Assembly (NCBI GenBank): GCA_039814715.1
Contig: JBCCAR010000018.1
Location: forward strand, 4,856-68,855
Length of the DNA: 64,000 nucleotides
Reading direction: 5' to 3'
DNA from: Pseudomonadota bacterium
Lineage (GTDB): Bacteria; Pseudomonadota; Alphaproteobacteria; Sphingomonadales; CAKZYD01
A program made the position numbers and the translations under genes. A model generated the notes under the pieces. That model saw only the letters and a list, made by a program, of their open reading frames with translations, was not told where the DNA came from and ran no database searches. Position 1 is the stretch's first letter, and every line of letters starts with the position of its first letter. Of this stretch, positions 10,200-19,032 are shown piece after piece.

Positions 10200-10763
10200 A
10201 TGAAAATTGACGGAAATGCCATTCGCCCCGGCAATGTGATCGAGTATGAGGGTGGGCTATGGCGCGCTGTTAAAATCCAGCATACGCAGCCGGGCAAGGG
10301 CGGGGCTTATCTGCAGGTTGAGCTAAAAAACCTGATCGAAGGCACGAAGAAAAATGAGCGCTTTCGGTCCTCGGCAAAAGTCGAAAAAGTCAGGCTGGAT
10401 CAGAAGGATTTTCAGTTTTTATTCGGTGATGGCGATACGTTCACCTTCATGGATCAAGACACCTATGACCAGATTGCTTTGCCTGCTGAAGACGTTGGCG
10501 AACAGGCTGTCTTTCTGCAAGACGGCATGGTGGTGACCATTGAAATGTATGAGGAGAAGCCAATTTCGGTTGCTTTGCCAGAGCATGTTACGTTGGAAAT
10601 AACCGAAACCGAACCCGCCATTAAGGGGCAGACGGTGACCTCTTCCTATAAGCCTGCGATGACAGACATCGGCGTGCGCGTCATGGTCCCGCCGTTTATC
10701 GATCAAGGCACAAAAGTGGTCGTGGCGACGGAAGATTCGACCTATGTAAAGCGCGCGGAATAG
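10200..10763 (+). CDS. efp: Elongation factor P
   Basis: 187 aa beginning [44 protein letters not shown]. Confidence 0.95.
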   Translation: MKIDGNAIRPGNVIEYEGGLWRAVKIQHTQPGKGGAYLQVELKNLIEGTKKNERFRSSAKVEKVRLDQKDFQFLFGDGDTFTFMDQDTYDQIALPAEDVGEQAVFLQDGMVVTIEMYEEKPISVALPEHVTLEITETEPAIKGQTVTSSYKPAMTDIGVRVMVPPFIDQGTKVVVATEDSTYVKRAE

Positions 10764-10772
10764 GTCGCTCAG

Positions 10773-11594
10773 ATGCCCTTTCAATCAGCGCTTATTAACG
10801 TCATGACCCAGGCGGCCCGCAAGGCCGCTTGGAATATGACACGTGACTTTGGCGAAGTAGAACAGTTGCAGGTCTCCAAAAAAGGCCCAGCGGACTTTGT
10901 CAGCCAGGCGGATCGGCAAGCCGATGAAATTTTGCGCGAGGAGCTGACGCGTGCTCGCCCTGATTTTGGTATTGTTCTGGAAGAATCAGGTGCAACAAAC
11001 GTGCGTCCAGACGGTCCGCGCTGGATTGTGGACCCCATCGACGGGACCAGCAATTTCCTGCACGGCATTCCCCATTTTGCCATCTCGATTGCCGCCGAAC
11101 AATATGGCGAGATCACCGCTGCGATCGTTTATGAGCCGCTGCAAGACCAGCTTTTCTGGGCGGACAAAGGGCGCGGGTGCTATCTCAATGAGCGCCGCCT
11201 GCGTGTCTCTGGGCGCCGCAAGCTTGACGAATGTTTGTTTGCAACGGGTATCCCTTTCAAAGGGCGCGGGGGTTTCGGCCGTTTTAGTCATATCCTAGAT
11301 GAAGTGATGCCCCAGGTGGCTGGTATCCGACGCTTTGGTGCAGCGTCGCTGGATTTGGCCTATGTGGCCGCTGGCCGCTTTGATGGGTTTTGGGAAGAAG
11401 ATTTAAAGGAGTGGGATATCGCTGCCGGAATGTTCCTGGTGAGAGAAGCCGGCGGCATTGTGACAGATATCCGCGGCTCTGATCAGATGCTGAAGACAGG
11501 CGGCCTTGTCGCCGCCAACAGCGCGATCCATAGTCAACTCCACAAGTTGATTGCGCGGGGCATTAAAGCCCATAGAGATGCCCAAGAGGATTAG
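10773..11594 (+). CDS. suhB: Inositol monophosphatase family protein (SuhB-like)
   Basis: IMPase motifs WIVDPIDGTSNFLHG and WDIAAG are present. 273 aa. Confidence 0.88.
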   Translation: MPFQSALINVMTQAARKAAWNMTRDFGEVEQLQVSKKGPADFVSQADRQADEILREELTRARPDFGIVLEESGATNVRPDGPRWIVDPIDGTSNFLHGIPHFAISIAAEQYGEITAAIVYEPLQDQLFWADKGRGCYLNERRLRVSGRRKLDECLFATGIPFKGRGGFGRFSHILDEVMPQVAGIRRFGAASLDLAYVAAGRFDGFWEEDLKEWDIAAGMFLVREAGGIVTDIRGSDQMLKTGGLVAANSAIHSQLHKLIARGIKAHRDAQED

Positions 11595-11600
11595 CTGTTT

Positions 11601-13145
11601 TTGGGCGAGTATGGCCACCGACTTAAGGGGAGGGAACCAGTGAGCCTTGAAGATCTAGCATTTGAATCCACGTCAAACCTGGCGCGTCATATCGCAAAAG
11701 GCGATGTGACCAGCATGGAGCTTGTTGATCTTTTTGCCGGGCGGCATGATCGTTTCGGAGGCACGGTCAATGCCGTGGTGCAGACTGATTTTGACCGCGC
11801 CCGCACATTGGCTAAAGACGCAGACCAAGCCCTTGCGGATGGCAAAGAAATCGAACCGCTCCACGGCGTGCCCTTCACGATCAAGGAATGCTATGAAGTC
11901 GCTGGCTTCAAAGCGACCGCTGGCGCTCCAGAGCTGGCGGGCCATACCCCAGGAGAAGATGCAGACGCTGTTAAAAACCTGCATCAGGCAGGCGCCATTT
12001 GCATGGGCAAGACGAACGTCCCTTATATGGCATTCGACCTGCAGAGCTTTAATGATGTCTATGGCACTACAAACAATCCCTGGGACGTGACGCGGACATG
12101 CGGCGGCTCGTCCGGCGGGTCGGCGGCAGCGCTTGCTGCTGGTTTAACTGGTGGTGATATCGGCAGCGACATCGGCGGTTCGCTTCGTAATCCAGCCCAT
12201 TACAACGGCATTTATAGCCACAAACCGACGTTCGCTTTGGTGCCAGAATACGGACACATCCCACCAGCGCCGGGCACGGTGTCCCGCACGGACCTCTCTG
12301 TTATGGGGCCCATGGGCCGCAGCGCAGATGATTTAAAACTGCTCCTGGATGTTCTTATGCGCCCCGTTGGCCTCGAGCGTAACAGGCAGATAACGCTGCC
12401 AAAGCCTAGAAAGACACAACTTGAAGACTTCCGGGTTGCGATTTGGCCGGGCCATCACAGCAATCGCCCCTCTCGCGCTATAGCAGAGCGTATGGATGCC
12501 TTGTCGGCTGCTCTAACTGGGAATGTGGAAAAATTCCAGGAAGCCTGGCCGCTTGATGCCAGCTATGAAGAGCTCGTATCGGTTTATGCCAAGCTGTTGC
12601 TTGGCGCAGTGTCTAGCGGAACGCCCGCGCTGCAATTTGCCATTGCGCAGGCTGCAACGCCATTTCTTAGCGTGCTCAAAGCGATTGGCGTTCATAATGA
12701 AAAAGGGGTGACAGGGCAGCTGCTGAGCACCGCCCAATCCCATAAAGCCTGGGCGCTCGCAAATGAGACACGCGCGCGCATGCGCCGCGAGATTGACAGG
12801 TTCTTTGAGCAATTTGACGTGCTGTTAATGCCTGTTATTCCTTGGACTGCGCCAAAGCATGATCATAGCGGTACGATTTTATCGCGCACCGTGATGGTCG
12901 ATGGTAAGAGCAGGCCCTACACAGACGCGCTCGATTATATTGCGCTTGCGACTGCTCTTTATTTGCCGTCTACCGTCGCGCCAATCGGTCTGGCAAGTGA
13001 TGGCCTGCCTGTCGGCGTGCAAATTGTCGGGCCGTATATGCATGATGCGACAACGATTGCCTTTGCCCAGGCACTGGGCGAGGTGATCGGCGGGTATGTG
13101 CCGCCGCCTGATTTTAAAGATGCATCTGCCCCAAAATCGCCTTAG
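11601..13145 (+). CDS. Amidase-signature family enzyme
   Basis: AS signature GGSSGGSAAALAAGLTGGDIGSDIGGSLRNPA, with the catalytic Lys context FTIKECY. The ORF opens at TTG 11601; GTG 11641 (VSLEDL) is an alternative start. Confidence 0.88.
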   Translation: MGEYGHRLKGREPVSLEDLAFESTSNLARHIAKGDVTSMELVDLFAGRHDRFGGTVNAVVQTDFDRARTLAKDADQALADGKEIEPLHGVPFTIKECYEVAGFKATAGAPELAGHTPGEDADAVKNLHQAGAICMGKTNVPYMAFDLQSFNDVYGTTNNPWDVTRTCGGSSGGSAAALAAGLTGGDIGSDIGGSLRNPAHYNGIYSHKPTFALVPEYGHIPPAPGTVSRTDLSVMGPMGRSADDLKLLLDVLMRPVGLERNRQITLPKPRKTQLEDFRVAIWPGHHSNRPSRAIAERMDALSAALTGNVEKFQEAWPLDASYEELVSVYAKLLLGAVSSGTPALQFAIAQAATPFLSVLKAIGVHNEKGVTGQLLSTAQSHKAWALANETRARMRREIDRFFEQFDVLLMPVIPWTAPKHDHSGTILSRTVMVDGKSRPYTDALDYIALATALYLPSTVAPIGLASDGLPVGVQIVGPYMHDATTIAFAQALGEVIGGYVPPPDFKDASAPKSP

Positions 13146-13147
13146 GG

Positions 13148-14329
13148 TTGACCAATCAACGAGCGAGGCGAAGTGACATCAAGCAGGCTGAGGACATGAC
13201 CCGACCACTCAGATTTTTGCTGCCCATGGCAGGTTTTTTGCTGGCTGTGGTCGCAGTTGCCGTGATCTTGTGGCCGCGGCTTGAAGCGGCCTTCCGCAGC
13301 AATCTAGTGATCAATGGCGTGATCGTTTTTGTGCTTGCTGTCGGCTGCCTCTATATCCTCCGGCAGGTCTCCCGCTTACAGCCTGATATAGATTGGATCG
13401 CCTCATATGAAAAAGGCGGGAAAGCCGACGATCAGCCGTCCCCGCCGCTACTTGCGTCCCTTTCCAGTCTGTCGCGGTCGGGTCCGCTGGCGCTGAACCC
13501 GATCTCTCTGCGGTCGCTTGCAGACGGCATTGCTGCCCGCCTCGATGAGCGCCGCGAGCTCTCGCGCTATTTGGTTGCTTTGCTTGTTTTCCTTGGCCTT
13601 TTGGGCACCTTCTGGGGGTTGCTCGGCACGATTTTGGCGATTGGCAACACCATCAATGGGCTTAATGTCGATTCAAGTGACGTCCCTGCGATGTTTGAAG
13701 GCCTTAAGGCAGGCCTGCAAGCGCCGCTCTCTGGCATGGGAACGGCTTTTTCATCCTCGCTGTTCGGCTTAGCCGGTTCGTTGATCTTAGGGTTTTTGGA
13801 CCTGCAGCTGGGCCGGGCGCAAAGCCGGTTTTTCAATGAACTTGAAGACTGGCTGTCCGCTCATGTTATTCCGCTGGAAATTGGCGGCAAAGAGCTTGAT
13901 GGCGTGCAGCCTGCGAGCGGCCCGAGCGCATATATGCGCACGATCATGGCGCAGTCCGCGGATTCGCTGGACGCCATGGAACGGCGCCTGTCGAAAGCCG
14001 ATCAGGAGCGTGACCGCTTGATCCAAACACTTGGCGCTCTGCAATCAACGCTAAGCAGTTTAGAAACCCGCTCTGAGAAACAAGCCGAGGCCTTGCTGCA
14101 GCTCGCGGCCGCCACGCAAAAGACAGCGAATAAGACGGATGATGCAAGCGTACAGGCCCTAAAGGACTTACGCGCAACCGTCGCAGGCTTGGCCGATGCC
14201 CAATCGGCAGGGCGGGCGCAAGTGTCGGACGACATTAATGCAGCGGCGACCCGGCTAGGGCGCACCATTGCCGCCATTTTGGATGACCGGGAACCAGACA
14301 AGCCTGCTGCTCCTGGAAGCGCGCTCTAG
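13148..14329 (+). CDS. MotA/TolQ/ExbB-family ion-channel protein with a C-terminal coiled-coil tail of about 170 aa
   Basis: Four hydrophobic spans. The family motif region is LGLLGTFWGLLGT...LSGMGTAFSSSLFGLAGSLILGFL. The C-terminal part is Ala/Leu/Gln/Arg-rich and reads as helical. The ORF opens at TTG 13148; the first ATG is at 13196 (MTRPLRF). Confidence 0.8.
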   Translation: MTNQRARRSDIKQAEDMTRPLRFLLPMAGFLLAVVAVAVILWPRLEAAFRSNLVINGVIVFVLAVGCLYILRQVSRLQPDIDWIASYEKGGKADDQPSPPLLASLSSLSRSGPLALNPISLRSLADGIAARLDERRELSRYLVALLVFLGLLGTFWGLLGTILAIGNTINGLNVDSSDVPAMFEGLKAGLQAPLSGMGTAFSSSLFGLAGSLILGFLDLQLGRAQSRFFNELEDWLSAHVIPLEIGGKELDGVQPASGPSAYMRTIMAQSADSLDAMERRLSKADQERDRLIQTLGALQSTLSSLETRSEKQAEALLQLAAATQKTANKTDDASVQALKDLRATVAGLADAQSAGRAQVSDDINAAATRLGRTIAAILDDREPDKPAAPGSAL

Positions 14330-15426
14330 TGGCAACGCGGCTCGGACGGCGGGGGCCTCAATCAGGGGCGGATTTGAGCTGGCCAGGCTTTGTGGACGCC
14401 TTGTCCAGTTTGTTGCTGGTTGTCATCTTTGTCCTGCTTATTTTCTTCTTGTCGCAAACGTTTCTATCCGTCGCGCTGTCGGGACGGGACGAAGCCTTGG
14501 CCGCGTTGCGCGCTGATTTAAATGATCTCTCGCGCCAGCTCAGCATGGAGAAAAGCACCTCGTCCTCCTTACGCGACGAGATCACAGCCTTGAGCGCGAG
14601 TTTGTCGACGGCGCTGCAAGACAATGAGGGGCTGAAGACGCAAGTGACAGGTCTATCCAGTCAACTTGAGGAAGCGCAGTCCAACTTGGCGCGGGCTGCG
14701 GAAGATCAAGCATCTGCTCAGGCGCAGATAACGACGCTCACCGTGGATTTAGAAGAGCGCGCAAAGCAGCTCGAGGCAGAGCAGGCGGTAACCTCCGCTG
14801 CCCGTGATGAGATTGCTCTGCTCAACCAAAACCTGTCAGCCCTTCGCCAGCAGATTGCGGCACTAGAACAAAAGCTTGATGCCTCTGAACAGAAAGACAA
14901 ACGACAAGAAGCCGTCATCAAGAACTTAGGAGAGCGTCTCAACGCTGCGCTTGCCAGCAAGGTGGCAGAGCTGTCTGACTATCGCTCTGAGTTCTTTGGG
15001 CGCTTAAAGGCGCTGCTGGGCGCGCGGCCCGATATTACAGTTGAAGGCGATCGTTTCGTTTTCCAGTCTGAACTGCTGTTCGCTTCGGGCTCGGCGAGTT
15101 TGGGCGCGGAAGGCAAACGGCAACTGGCCACCATAGCCGAAACGCTGCTCACCATTGCGAGTACTATTCCTGATGACTTCAACTGGGTTTTGCGCGTGGA
15201 TGGGCATACCGATGTGTTGCCTATCAATACAGTCCAGTTCCCCAGCAATTGGGAATTGTCGCAGGCGCGCGCTCTATCGGTCGTTAAGTTTTTGATCAGC
15301 GAAGGTGTGCCTGCAAAGCGTCTTGCTGCGGCAGGCTTTGGGCCGTATCAGCCCCGCGATAAGCGAAATAGTTGGGAGGCCTACCGCACTAACCGGCGTA
15401 TCGAATTGCGGCTGGACCAGAGCTAG
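14329..15426 (+). CDS. MotB/OmpA-family peptidoglycan-binding protein with a long periplasmic coiled coil
   Basis: The GTG start overlaps the upstream stop (TAGTG). A single TM helix follows a conserved Asp (WPGFVDALSSLLLVVIFVLL). A heptad-rich segment of about 170 aa comes next, then an OmpA-like C-terminus (VLRVDGHTD...WELSQARALSV...NRRIELRL). Confidence 0.82.
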   Translation: MATRLGRRGPQSGADLSWPGFVDALSSLLLVVIFVLLIFFLSQTFLSVALSGRDEALAALRADLNDLSRQLSMEKSTSSSLRDEITALSASLSTALQDNEGLKTQVTGLSSQLEEAQSNLARAAEDQASAQAQITTLTVDLEERAKQLEAEQAVTSAARDEIALLNQNLSALRQQIAALEQKLDASEQKDKRQEAVIKNLGERLNAALASKVAELSDYRSEFFGRLKALLGARPDITVEGDRFVFQSELLFASGSASLGAEGKRQLATIAETLLTIASTIPDDFNWVLRVDGHTDVLPINTVQFPSNWELSQARALSVVKFLISEGVPAKRLAAAGFGPYQPRDKRNSWEAYRTNRRIELRLDQS

Positions 15427-15429
15427 CCT

Positions 15430-16308
15430 ATGCGACCCAAAGCGCACATTGCCGCTGACCTGAGCTTAATTGAAACAGGCAGCTTGGCAAACAAGGCAGC
15501 CACTTTGCTCGACGAGGCTATGCAAGCGCCGCGCGGCAAAGTGCTTGGGCTGACGGGCCCGCCCGGCGTTGGCAAAAGCTCGCTCACGCAAAAGCTCGTG
15601 GAACACTGGGTAGGGCAGGGGCTACGGGTTGCTGTTCTGGCGATTGATCCGTCCTCAAGGCGCTCTGGCGGCGCCCTTTTGGGCGACCGGACGCGAATGA
15701 ACCTCTCCAGTCACGGCGAGCTCGCATTCATTCGCTCTATGGCGGCTGGTCGTCGGCTTGGGGGTCTCAGCGATGCCGCCTTTCCAGCATGCGTTTATTT
15801 GCGTGCGCATTTTGACCGCGTGATTTTAGAGACGGTGGGTGTTGGCCAATCTGAAACAGAAATTACAGCTGTGGCTGACTGTGTTGGCCTGTGCATTCAG
15901 CCGGGCAGCGGCGATAGCTTGCAGTTCATGAAAGCGGGTATAGCTGAAGTGCCAGGCATTGTGTTTGTCACAAAAGCCGACCTTGGCCAACTGGCGCGGC
16001 AAGCTGCGGCGGATGTGGAAGGCGCTTTGTCATTGTCGCGCAATGAAGCATCTCACGCGCAAGTATTGCTCGTGTCGGCCAAAACGGGCGAAGGGCTGGC
16101 AGAGGCGGCGGCTGCGCTTGATGAGACGCTGCACACACCCGCTGGCGCAGTGCTCGCGCAGCAATTTCATGATTATGCCCGTGAAAGCTTGCAAAAGCAG
16201 GCTGGCGCGCTCGCGCTCTCAGCTCCTGGGGCAAGCAAACCCGTTGGATTTAGGGACCTAGCGCAGCTGCTTGGCCGCCTGCGCGTCTCATTGGCTAACG
16301 AACACTAG
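15430..16308 (+). CDS. G3E-family P-loop GTPase, MeaB/ArgK-like
   Basis: Walker A GLTGPPGVGKSSL, then AIDPSSRRSGGALLGDRTRM, Walker B ETVGVGQSE and the NKxD-like motif VTKADL. 292 aa. The ATG lies 3 nt after the upstream stop. Confidence 0.8.
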   Translation: MRPKAHIAADLSLIETGSLANKAATLLDEAMQAPRGKVLGLTGPPGVGKSSLTQKLVEHWVGQGLRVAVLAIDPSSRRSGGALLGDRTRMNLSSHGELAFIRSMAAGRRLGGLSDAAFPACVYLRAHFDRVILETVGVGQSETEITAVADCVGLCIQPGSGDSLQFMKAGIAEVPGIVFVTKADLGQLARQAAADVEGALSLSRNEASHAQVLLVSAKTGEGLAEAAAALDETLHTPAGAVLAQQFHDYARESLQKQAGALALSAPGASKPVGFRDLAQLLGRLRVSLANEH

Positions 16309-16360
16309 GGCTGTAATAACCAGCGCCGCCGCAAACCCAAAGGTGATGAGGAGGCGTTTG

Positions 16361-17194
16361 TCAGACCGCTTCTTTCTTTTTGCCATTGTCTGCTTCTTCT
16401 TGTGATTTGATGACGGTTGCTTCTAGCCAGTCCGGCAGCCAAGGGGTCAGAGACACATCTCCCGCCATAAGCGGTGCTTTTGAAATGTCTTCTACCTTTA
16501 AGTTCGCAAGGGCTTTTTGACCATTGGTCGAGCGCACATCGCCGATCTCGCGTTCGCCGAACTTAATTGGCGTCCCTGGCGGAATGTCTGCCTTAGCTTG
16601 CACCGGAATAAGCCTGCGTCTTACCTTGCCGCGGTAGCGCATGCGCGCTGTTAGCTCTTGGCCGACATAGCACCCCTTCTCAAAATCAACGCCGTTTAGA
16701 AGGTCTGCATTGGTTTCGAGCCACAGGGTCTTGTCCTGCAAGAAATCCGCCGGGCCATCGGGGATGCCATGGGCGAGACGGTGCGAGAGATAAGCGGCGA
16801 TATCCGCCGTTGGCGTTCCATCCAGGCGTCGGCTGCCCATGGCAGGATGCCGGGGGTCTTGCCATGCCTCAGGCGTGTCATCCAGATGAGCGAAGATGGT
16901 GTTGTCACTGTCGCTAATCTCAACCTTGGACCTTAGCTTATACATCATCAATTTGCGCTTGAGCTCTGTTAAATGCACTTCGCTACAATCAAGCAGCAAC
17001 GCGTCATCCACCTCGGTGATGAAAAAATCGTAGAGATACTTGCCCTGCGGTGTTAGCAACCCAGCGTAAAGCCAGCGCTCTGGGGCAATTTTATTCACGT
17101 CATTGGTGATGAGCCCCTGCAGGAAGCTCTTTCGTTCTTCACCAGACAGTATGAGCACGCGGCGATCAATCAATTGAATACAACGATCAGACAT
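16361..17194 (-). CDS. ygfZ: Folate-binding YgfZ/CAF17 family protein (GcvT-like)
   Basis: Motifs FLQGLITNDV, LLTPQGKYLYDF and KGCYVGQELTARMRYRGKVRRRL are present. The start is placed at ATG 17192-17194 (MSDRCIQL). The longer ORF to 17335 would overlap the pyrC start. Confidence 0.85.
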   Translation of the reverse strand: MSDRCIQLIDRRVLILSGEERKSFLQGLITNDVNKIAPERWLYAGLLTPQGKYLYDFFITEVDDALLLDCSEVHLTELKRKLMMYKLRSKVEISDSDNTIFAHLDDTPEAWQDPRHPAMGSRRLDGTPTADIAAYLSHRLAHGIPDGPADFLQDKTLWLETNADLLNGVDFEKGCYVGQELTARMRYRGKVRRRLIPVQAKADIPPGTPIKFGEREIGDVRSTNGQKALANLKVEDISKAPLMAGDVSLTPWLPDWLEATVIKSQEEADNGKKKEAV

Positions 17195-17291
17195 TCTGCG
17201 AGACGTCCCTTCAATTGGCGATATACTAACTGCTATATAGGCGCTGCGTCGGCGCTTTGCCAACCACGCTCTAACTCTTGGAGAAACAATC

Positions 17292-18623
17292 GTGCCCAAT
17301 TTTGACCTTCTTATCAAAGGCGGAACTCTTGCCAATCACATGGGCCAGGGGGAAGGGGATGTTGGCATTGTCGACGGGCGCTTTGCTGCAATCGGCGATT
17401 TGTCGACTGCCAGCGCAGATAAAGTGATCGATGCCAAGGGTCTCCATGTGCTGCCTGGCGTTATCGATACGCAGGTCCATTTTCGAGAACCCGGGATGGA
17501 TCAAAAAGAAGACCTTGCCAGCGGCTCGCGCCAAGCGGTGAAAGGCGGCGTTGTAGCCGTATTTGAAATGCCCAATACAGACCCGCTGACCACCACGCCC
17601 GGGGCCATCAATGATAAACTGACGCGCGCGCAGGGGCGCATGTTCTGCGATCACGCGTTTTATATGGGCGCCACGGCAGAGAATGCGGACCATTTAGCTG
17701 ATATCGAAAATACGCCTGGATGTTGCGGCATTAAGGTCTTCATGGGTGCGTCCACTGGGAACTTGTTGGTGGAAGATGATGCAACCCTTGAGCGGGTGTT
17801 TAAGAGTGGCCGCCGGCGCGTTGCCATCCATGCTGAAGACAACATGCGCATGGATGAGCGCGCGCATCTGCGCGAGACGGGCAGGCCGCATTCGCACCCT
17901 GTTTGGCGCGATGATGAAAGTGCTGTAATGGCGACCAAACGCGCGGTCACGTTGGCGCGCAAAACAGGGCGCCGGGTGCACATTCTCCACATTACGACCC
18001 CGCAGGAGCTAGAGTATCTGAGCCAAAACAAAGACGTCGCTAGCGTTGAATGTACGCCGCAGCACCTCACGCTGGGTGCGCCAGACTGTTATGACCGGCT
18101 TGGCACTTATGCGCAGATGAACCCGCCTATCCGCTCAAATGCGCACCGCGATGGCCTTTGGATCTGGCTTGCTCAAGGCGTTGTGGACGTGATCGGCTCA
18201 GACCACGCGCCCCACTTGAAGGAAGAAAAAGACCGGCCTTACCCTGCCTCTCCATCTGGCATGCCTGGCGTGCAGACTTTGCTTGCCCTATTGCTAGATC
18301 ATCACGCCCAGGGCCGGCTGCCGCTCGCGCATTTGGTAGATCTGACCTCTCATGCCGCCAATCGCTTGTTCAACTTTCAAAACAAGGGCCGCATGGCACT
18401 TGGCTATGATGGGGATATCACGCTGGTTGATTTAAAGAAGCAGTGGACGGTGTCCAGTGATTGGCTAGAAGGCAAATGCGGCTGGAGCCCGTTTGAAGGC
18501 ATGACGCTCACAGGAAAAGCCGTGGGGACAATCATCCGCGGGCAGCAGGTGATGGCAGAGGATACCATCTTAGGAGAGGCGCAGGGCCAGCCAATCGCTT
18601 TTCAGGAAACCATGCGCGGCTAA
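17292..18623 (+). CDS. pyrC: Dihydroorotase (allantoinase-like long form)
   Basis: Cyclic amidohydrolase motifs PGVIDTQVHFREPG, AIHAEDN and GSDHAPH are present. 443 aa with a GTG start. Confidence 0.85.
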   Translation: MPNFDLLIKGGTLANHMGQGEGDVGIVDGRFAAIGDLSTASADKVIDAKGLHVLPGVIDTQVHFREPGMDQKEDLASGSRQAVKGGVVAVFEMPNTDPLTTTPGAINDKLTRAQGRMFCDHAFYMGATAENADHLADIENTPGCCGIKVFMGASTGNLLVEDDATLERVFKSGRRRVAIHAEDNMRMDERAHLRETGRPHSHPVWRDDESAVMATKRAVTLARKTGRRVHILHITTPQELEYLSQNKDVASVECTPQHLTLGAPDCYDRLGTYAQMNPPIRSNAHRDGLWIWLAQGVVDVIGSDHAPHLKEEKDRPYPASPSGMPGVQTLLALLLDHHAQGRLPLAHLVDLTSHAANRLFNFQNKGRMALGYDGDITLVDLKKQWTVSSDWLEGKCGWSPFEGMTLTGKAVGTIIRGQQVMAEDTILGEAQGQPIAFQETMRG

Positions 18624-18895
18624 TGCACCAAGCAGCTGATGGAGTTAGCGGCCAATGTGTCTCTGTCCACATCTTCGCGCGGCACCACCTCGACATGGTC
18701 GATGGGCGGGTTACCGTTTGCCAGCCAATTGCGCAAAATCGCGCGTAGCACTGGGTAATCCGGCGCGAGATCAAACTCTTCTAGCCGCAGCGGGCTTTTG
18801 GATTTGCGCTCGTTCTCAGGCCTAAGAAAAATCTTGGCGCTAATAGGGCGGTACCCTTGTGTCCACAAATCGCTTGGCATATCAGAGCACGACAT
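18620..18895 (-). CDS. Hypothetical small protein
   Basis: A 91-aa ORF in an otherwise empty 410-bp gap. Codon usage looks coding-like by eye. I recognise no motif. Its stop shares 4 nt with the pyrC stop. Confidence 0.35.
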   Translation of the reverse strand: MSCSDMPSDLWTQGYRPISAKIFLRPENERKSKSPLRLEEFDLAPDYPVLRAILRNWLANGNPPIDHVEVVPREDVDRDTLAANSISCLVH

Positions 18896-19032
18896 AGGCG
18901 ATTGTTCCTCACTATGGGCGCGCCAACCAAGCAGCGGGCAGTGCCCGGGTGTATGAAGGTGAGTGTGCGCAAATTGGTCTTAAATCCTGGTAAACAAGGA
19001 CTTACGCGCCACCTTCGGAGCAGCGCGGTGCC

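Noticed and set aside
13148-15426. I considered calling the MotA/MotB-like pair a Zorya (ZorAB) anti-phage module.
   Set aside because: No ZorC/ZorD/ZorE-type genes (or any nuclease or helicase) are adjacent. The MotA-like tail is much shorter than the ZorA tail as I recall it, and the long coiled coil sits on the MotB-like subunit instead. I keep it as an unclassified stator pair.
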